Shown in pieces: positions 60,166 to 64,000 of a stretch of 64,000 bases of DNA. This DNA comes from Fimbriosthenelais zetlandica (Eukaryota), in contig OZ365109.1 in assembly GCA_977030845.1 (NCBI GenBank), positions 56,792,001-56,856,000 of the forward strand, in the 5' to 3' direction. The position numbers were made by a program, and so were the translations under genes. A model generated the notes under the pieces. That model ran no database searches. It was not told where the DNA came from and saw only the letters and a list, made by a program, of their open reading frames with translations. How positions within the stretch are numbered: the first letter of the stretch is position 1; the number at the start of each line of letters is the position of its first letter.

Positions 60166-63100
60166 AAGACCCGAGGTCATTGCCTTTCAGTTTGTCCTCG
60201 GGTACTATGATAGGCAGTGGGGCCAGCTGCAGGACCCCAGAGAGCATAGCGAGTCCCTAGTGTGGTGCTCAAAACTGACAGGGAATAATGATTATTTTAT
60301 AACAGGGAGAAAGGGTGATGACAGGAGAAAAATGTGCGTGTAAGACGAGGCTAGAGTAGAATACTTGAAACCCACAAATTGCTGGCAGATCCAACAGTTT
60401 ATTTTTTTTGGTTAGAATATTTCGCAGACTTCAATGTGGTAGAGCTTAGCTGAACCACAGCTCAAATACTGCCTGTGTTACTATTTATAAATTTCCCCAA
60501 CTGTAAAGTATATTGATATTATATACATGTTGTTAAGAGTCTATTTATATTTCAATTAAAAGTACCATAGATAGTGTTCCATGTTTTCCTTTATCATGAA
60601 GTTAGTATTAATCTCTTATAAACCCTTTACTTGTAAGAGGACAGGTAAATGCCACTAACCAACCAGGGCCCTTTGAAGGACAATTGGGGTGCAACCTGCT
60701 CTATCCTAAATGTGCTAAATGGGTCTTCAACAATCCTAGGCCTATATATATTCTTGCTACCACTCATCACCCGCCTTCGTTATAGACATGATTATACATA
60801 TGGTTCCCATGAAGATACACATGAAACCTTGTGAGTATTCATCATTTCCACGGTGCTTCCCTGGAGGTTTATCATTGTTAGATAGTTACACTCCTGGCGG
60901 GTCGAACCAGTATAGGAATGGGTGGTTTTAGTGCTAGCATGGAGCAATAGTTCTCGATCCAACCTGACACCTCCGTGACAAAAGGTCAGAAGGCAGTTAT
61001 ACGATACCTTACATGTGTATTGAAAATAGGAAACATTCGTCCAGATCTTATTCATATATATCTGTATTTCCAAAAACTAATTATATTTCAAAGGGAATTT
61101 AATGATTCTATACATTCAGCATAATTATGCATCCCTTTAAGAAAAGGGAGATGGATGCGTGGAAGTATCAAGCATTTTCGGAGAGAAATGTGTCTGAGAC
61201 AATATACTTTCTGGAATCTTATGGAAAAGCCCATTTAGTCGGACTTACTAGATTTTTCCGTAAAACTCCAAAAGTTGAGCAATTGACCACTATCATGATC
61301 ATGCTTCATTGTCATATAAAATATTGGACCATAGGACAAATGTTAGCCATGCATGAGCAACAAAATCGTATCTCAGCAATGCATAACCGTAATGCATAAT
61401 GTAAAATACCAAGTTGATTTATACACCTACCAGACAAGCTTCAGCAGGTCAATGCATGATACTCGCATGGACGCGAGAGGCCATGGTATAAACGTTGACA
61501 CACATTATAAACCTATGCCCATCCTCAAATAAATATATACCAACATTTGGCTGAGCAGCTTAGGTTTCAGCCCATACATGTGTTCAGGAATTATCACAAG
61601 AACAAAGATGTCCAACAGACGAAAGCTTCTTTCGAACCTCATGCATGGTCATGGTCTGTTTTATGTTAGGATATTCCCACAAGTGTACGGAAGGATCTTT
61701 TCTGAACAATATATCACTGAAACCTGTGGTTTGAAGATATCGACCCATTCTTTTCAAAGTTGGGAATTCAATCAGAGCTCAGACAAAAGATGTTTTTGTT
61801 ATTCCTAGTTTCAGCTATAAATACATGTGCTGGCCTGCACATGGCAAAACTATAGAACACCTACACATATGGGATGAATATTTACATTCTGTTTATATTT
61901 TTATTATATTTTTCAACAAGTCAGTATTAAAAATCTTCCCACATTAATGAGATTGAAGCATTGAAACAAAGACAAACGAAAGCAGGTGGATTATTCGAGA
62001 GGCCACCAAAACACAAACCAGAATAAGTGTTCAACCGCTTAGAGTTCCAATAGGCGCAGAGAAAAATAGTTCCAGCTCCTAAGAACCGTCACTAAATGGC
62101 TTTTTTTGTCCTCGTTCAATGGAGAACATGTGCAAAGGAAGGAGGTGGGGCTGTTTAGCTGTGGCCGGATCTCGAAAAGGGCTTTCTTTACGATTAGAGT
62201 CGGGTGGGTTGATTGGATCGTCGGAACAGCGAAAGCTACTTTCAACACGTCGATTAGAGTGGGAGGCTGTGATAGGCAGTTGTGATGGTGAGGTATGAAA
62301 GGGGTTCAGACCCACCAGGTTGGGCCCTGTCGTCACCTCCTCTCGTTCCTGGTCCATAAAGCTCCAGTCTACTAAACGCTGCATCAAAGTCCACTATTTT
62401 TCTTTTATCTCTGAACTTACCCATCCCAATAATAAATAAATTATGAATTGCTGTTAATGATAAAAACCGTGGGTGTATAGGTGCTGCATTCGATGAAGAA
62501 ACCAACCAATTCGCAACTGCCGTGAACTGGTTCGACCTTTAAGTTAGGCTGGATCAGCACCATTATGAAGTACGTATTTTAAGGTACTCTACCATAACCT
62601 ACTTCAGTTTTTGATGTCCAACGCCCAGGCTGTTCCATTCCGAAACGAGACATTTTTACAATATAGACTGTATTATAACATAGGGCTAAATAGATGGAGG
62701 TGTCTGCTTTACATCTGGGGTTAACAGGTCCCTCCTCTTGTGAATCTATTTTAACATAAAATCCCAGCTTTGTCATTTTCCTCTGACTCTCCCACTTGTA
62801 CATTGACCAGGCTTCATCCTAATAAGTTAGATTTCTATTGTTGTAACAGTCTGCAAGCACCCATCTTCATTTTTATGGTGATGGTACCAGACCCAAACAC
62901 AGCATCAGAAAAAAAATACCATCGAAAGTCAGTTCAGCAGCAAATGCAGTGAGTGATAATTATGTGAATTTACCAATACACACAACACTCAGCAAATGAA
63001 TTTTTTTAGGGAATTAGCCTAGCCATGGATTTAAACCGAGGGTTGCCAGCAATTAATCATTGCAGGCTATAGGCATAGTTACCATGGCTTTATTATGAAA

Positions 63101-63517
63101 CAAGGGTAGCCTATCATTGGCTATAGGCCCATCTATACTAGATCAAGTCCCACGAGAACAAACTTATGTTCTAGCTGCAAAGTTGGGCCAATATTCTTGA
63201 AGCCTCCCGCGATGTAAAAATGCTGATAAAAACAAGTTAACATCCGCACAATTGATTTTCATGTGTTTTGACCTCCCTTCACTGTTTCAATTGCGGAGAA
63301 CTCAGCAGGATCATCTCATATGTAAGAATATCCAGTGACGTGCTTAGCGTTTCCAAGATGACCCCTCCACACCGTATCTCCCGTGACGGTTCATTATCCA
63401 CCTCCACAGGGAAGACTTCTCTAATGACCCAGTGATAGCTGACAAACTGTGAGGCGTCACGTCACCACGAGATTGCTTGGAGAGTATCCGAATCAAAGTT
63501 GACAGCTTGTCATGCCC

Positions 63518-63669
63518 AGGGGTCTGTTTCATAAAAAGTAACGACCAATGGATTTATAGGACACATCGCCTATCTCCATCTCCCTCATGCCTCTTTCTCC
63601 CCCGCCCCCCCCCCCCCCTCCCTCTCTCCTCTCTTTCACACTCAGTCTGTCTCTTCCTCCCTCCCTTCA

Positions 63670-63730
<61 letters not shown>

Positions 63731-63816
63731 CACTCTCTCTCTCTCTTTCACTCACTCTCTCTCTCTCGCTTATAAATATTCTTCATTATTGTCATATCTT
63801 TATGAAACATGCCCCT
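63518..63816. mobile_element. About 300-bp MITE containing a poly-C tract and a (CT)n microsatellite
   Basis: AGGGGTCTGTTTCATAAA ... TTTATGAAACATGCCCCT. Confidence 0.65.
63679..63724. repeat. (CT)23 microsatellite
   Basis: Uninterrupted CT run, with further imperfect CT repeats to 63768. Confidence 0.95.
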
Positions 63817-63872
63817 CGTTGACTGACAGCGGGAAACGCAAGAGTGAGAGGAAGACAGGAGGGAACGCCCGG

Positions 63873-63973
63873 CATGACGTGACGTCGTACTGATTACAGA
63901 CGCTGTACGTCATGGGGAGTCACATCATCGGAGGAGGTCAGATAGAGTGATGGGATCAACCAGATTATAAAAG
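63873..63973 (+). promoter_or_regulatory. CRE-rich TATA promoter candidate at the window edge
   Basis: TGACGTGACGTC near 63875, TACGTCA near 63906 and TATAAAAG at 63966-63973. Confidence 0.35.
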
Positions 63974-64000
63974 CCTCTCATCATGGGCCACATTGCAGAA

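Noticed and set aside
63477-63893. ORFs of 138, 65 and 62 aa at the right end
   Set aside because: Artefacts of the poly-C and (CT)n tracts (SLSLSL/ERERER).

Overview
Eukaryotic, AT-rich, intron-containing genomic DNA, most likely from a bilaterian invertebrate. No prokaryotic features and no CRISPR. Three protein-coding genes are well supported. (1) PTPA/PPP2R4 (PP2A activator), minus strand, 9 confident coding exons at 345-2774 plus a possible first exon at 3218-3252. (2) Carnitine O-acetyltransferase CRAT, plus strand, 13 exons at 3557-15186, 633 aa, with a mitochondrial-type leader and a C-terminal AKL peroxisomal signal. It sits head-to-head with PTPA across about 300 bp, the same arrangement as in human. 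(3) An intronless rhodopsin-family GPCR (minus strand, 52626-53948, 440 aa) with an aminergic-receptor scaffold but nearly all canonical activation motifs altered. The 37 kb between CRAT and the GPCR holds no recognisable conserved gene. It contains many non-autonomous DNA transposons (Kolobok-, hAT-, Mutator- and EnSpm/CMC-like), a tRNA-derived fragment and orphan promoter-like motif clusters. The most unusual features are two TA-flanked CACTG...CAGTG elements (34361-36115 and 42126-44543) that enclose splice-site-bounded cargo. In the larger one this cargo is a phase-consistent four-exon mini-ORF, which suggests Pack-CACTA-like gene-fragment carriers in an animal genome.
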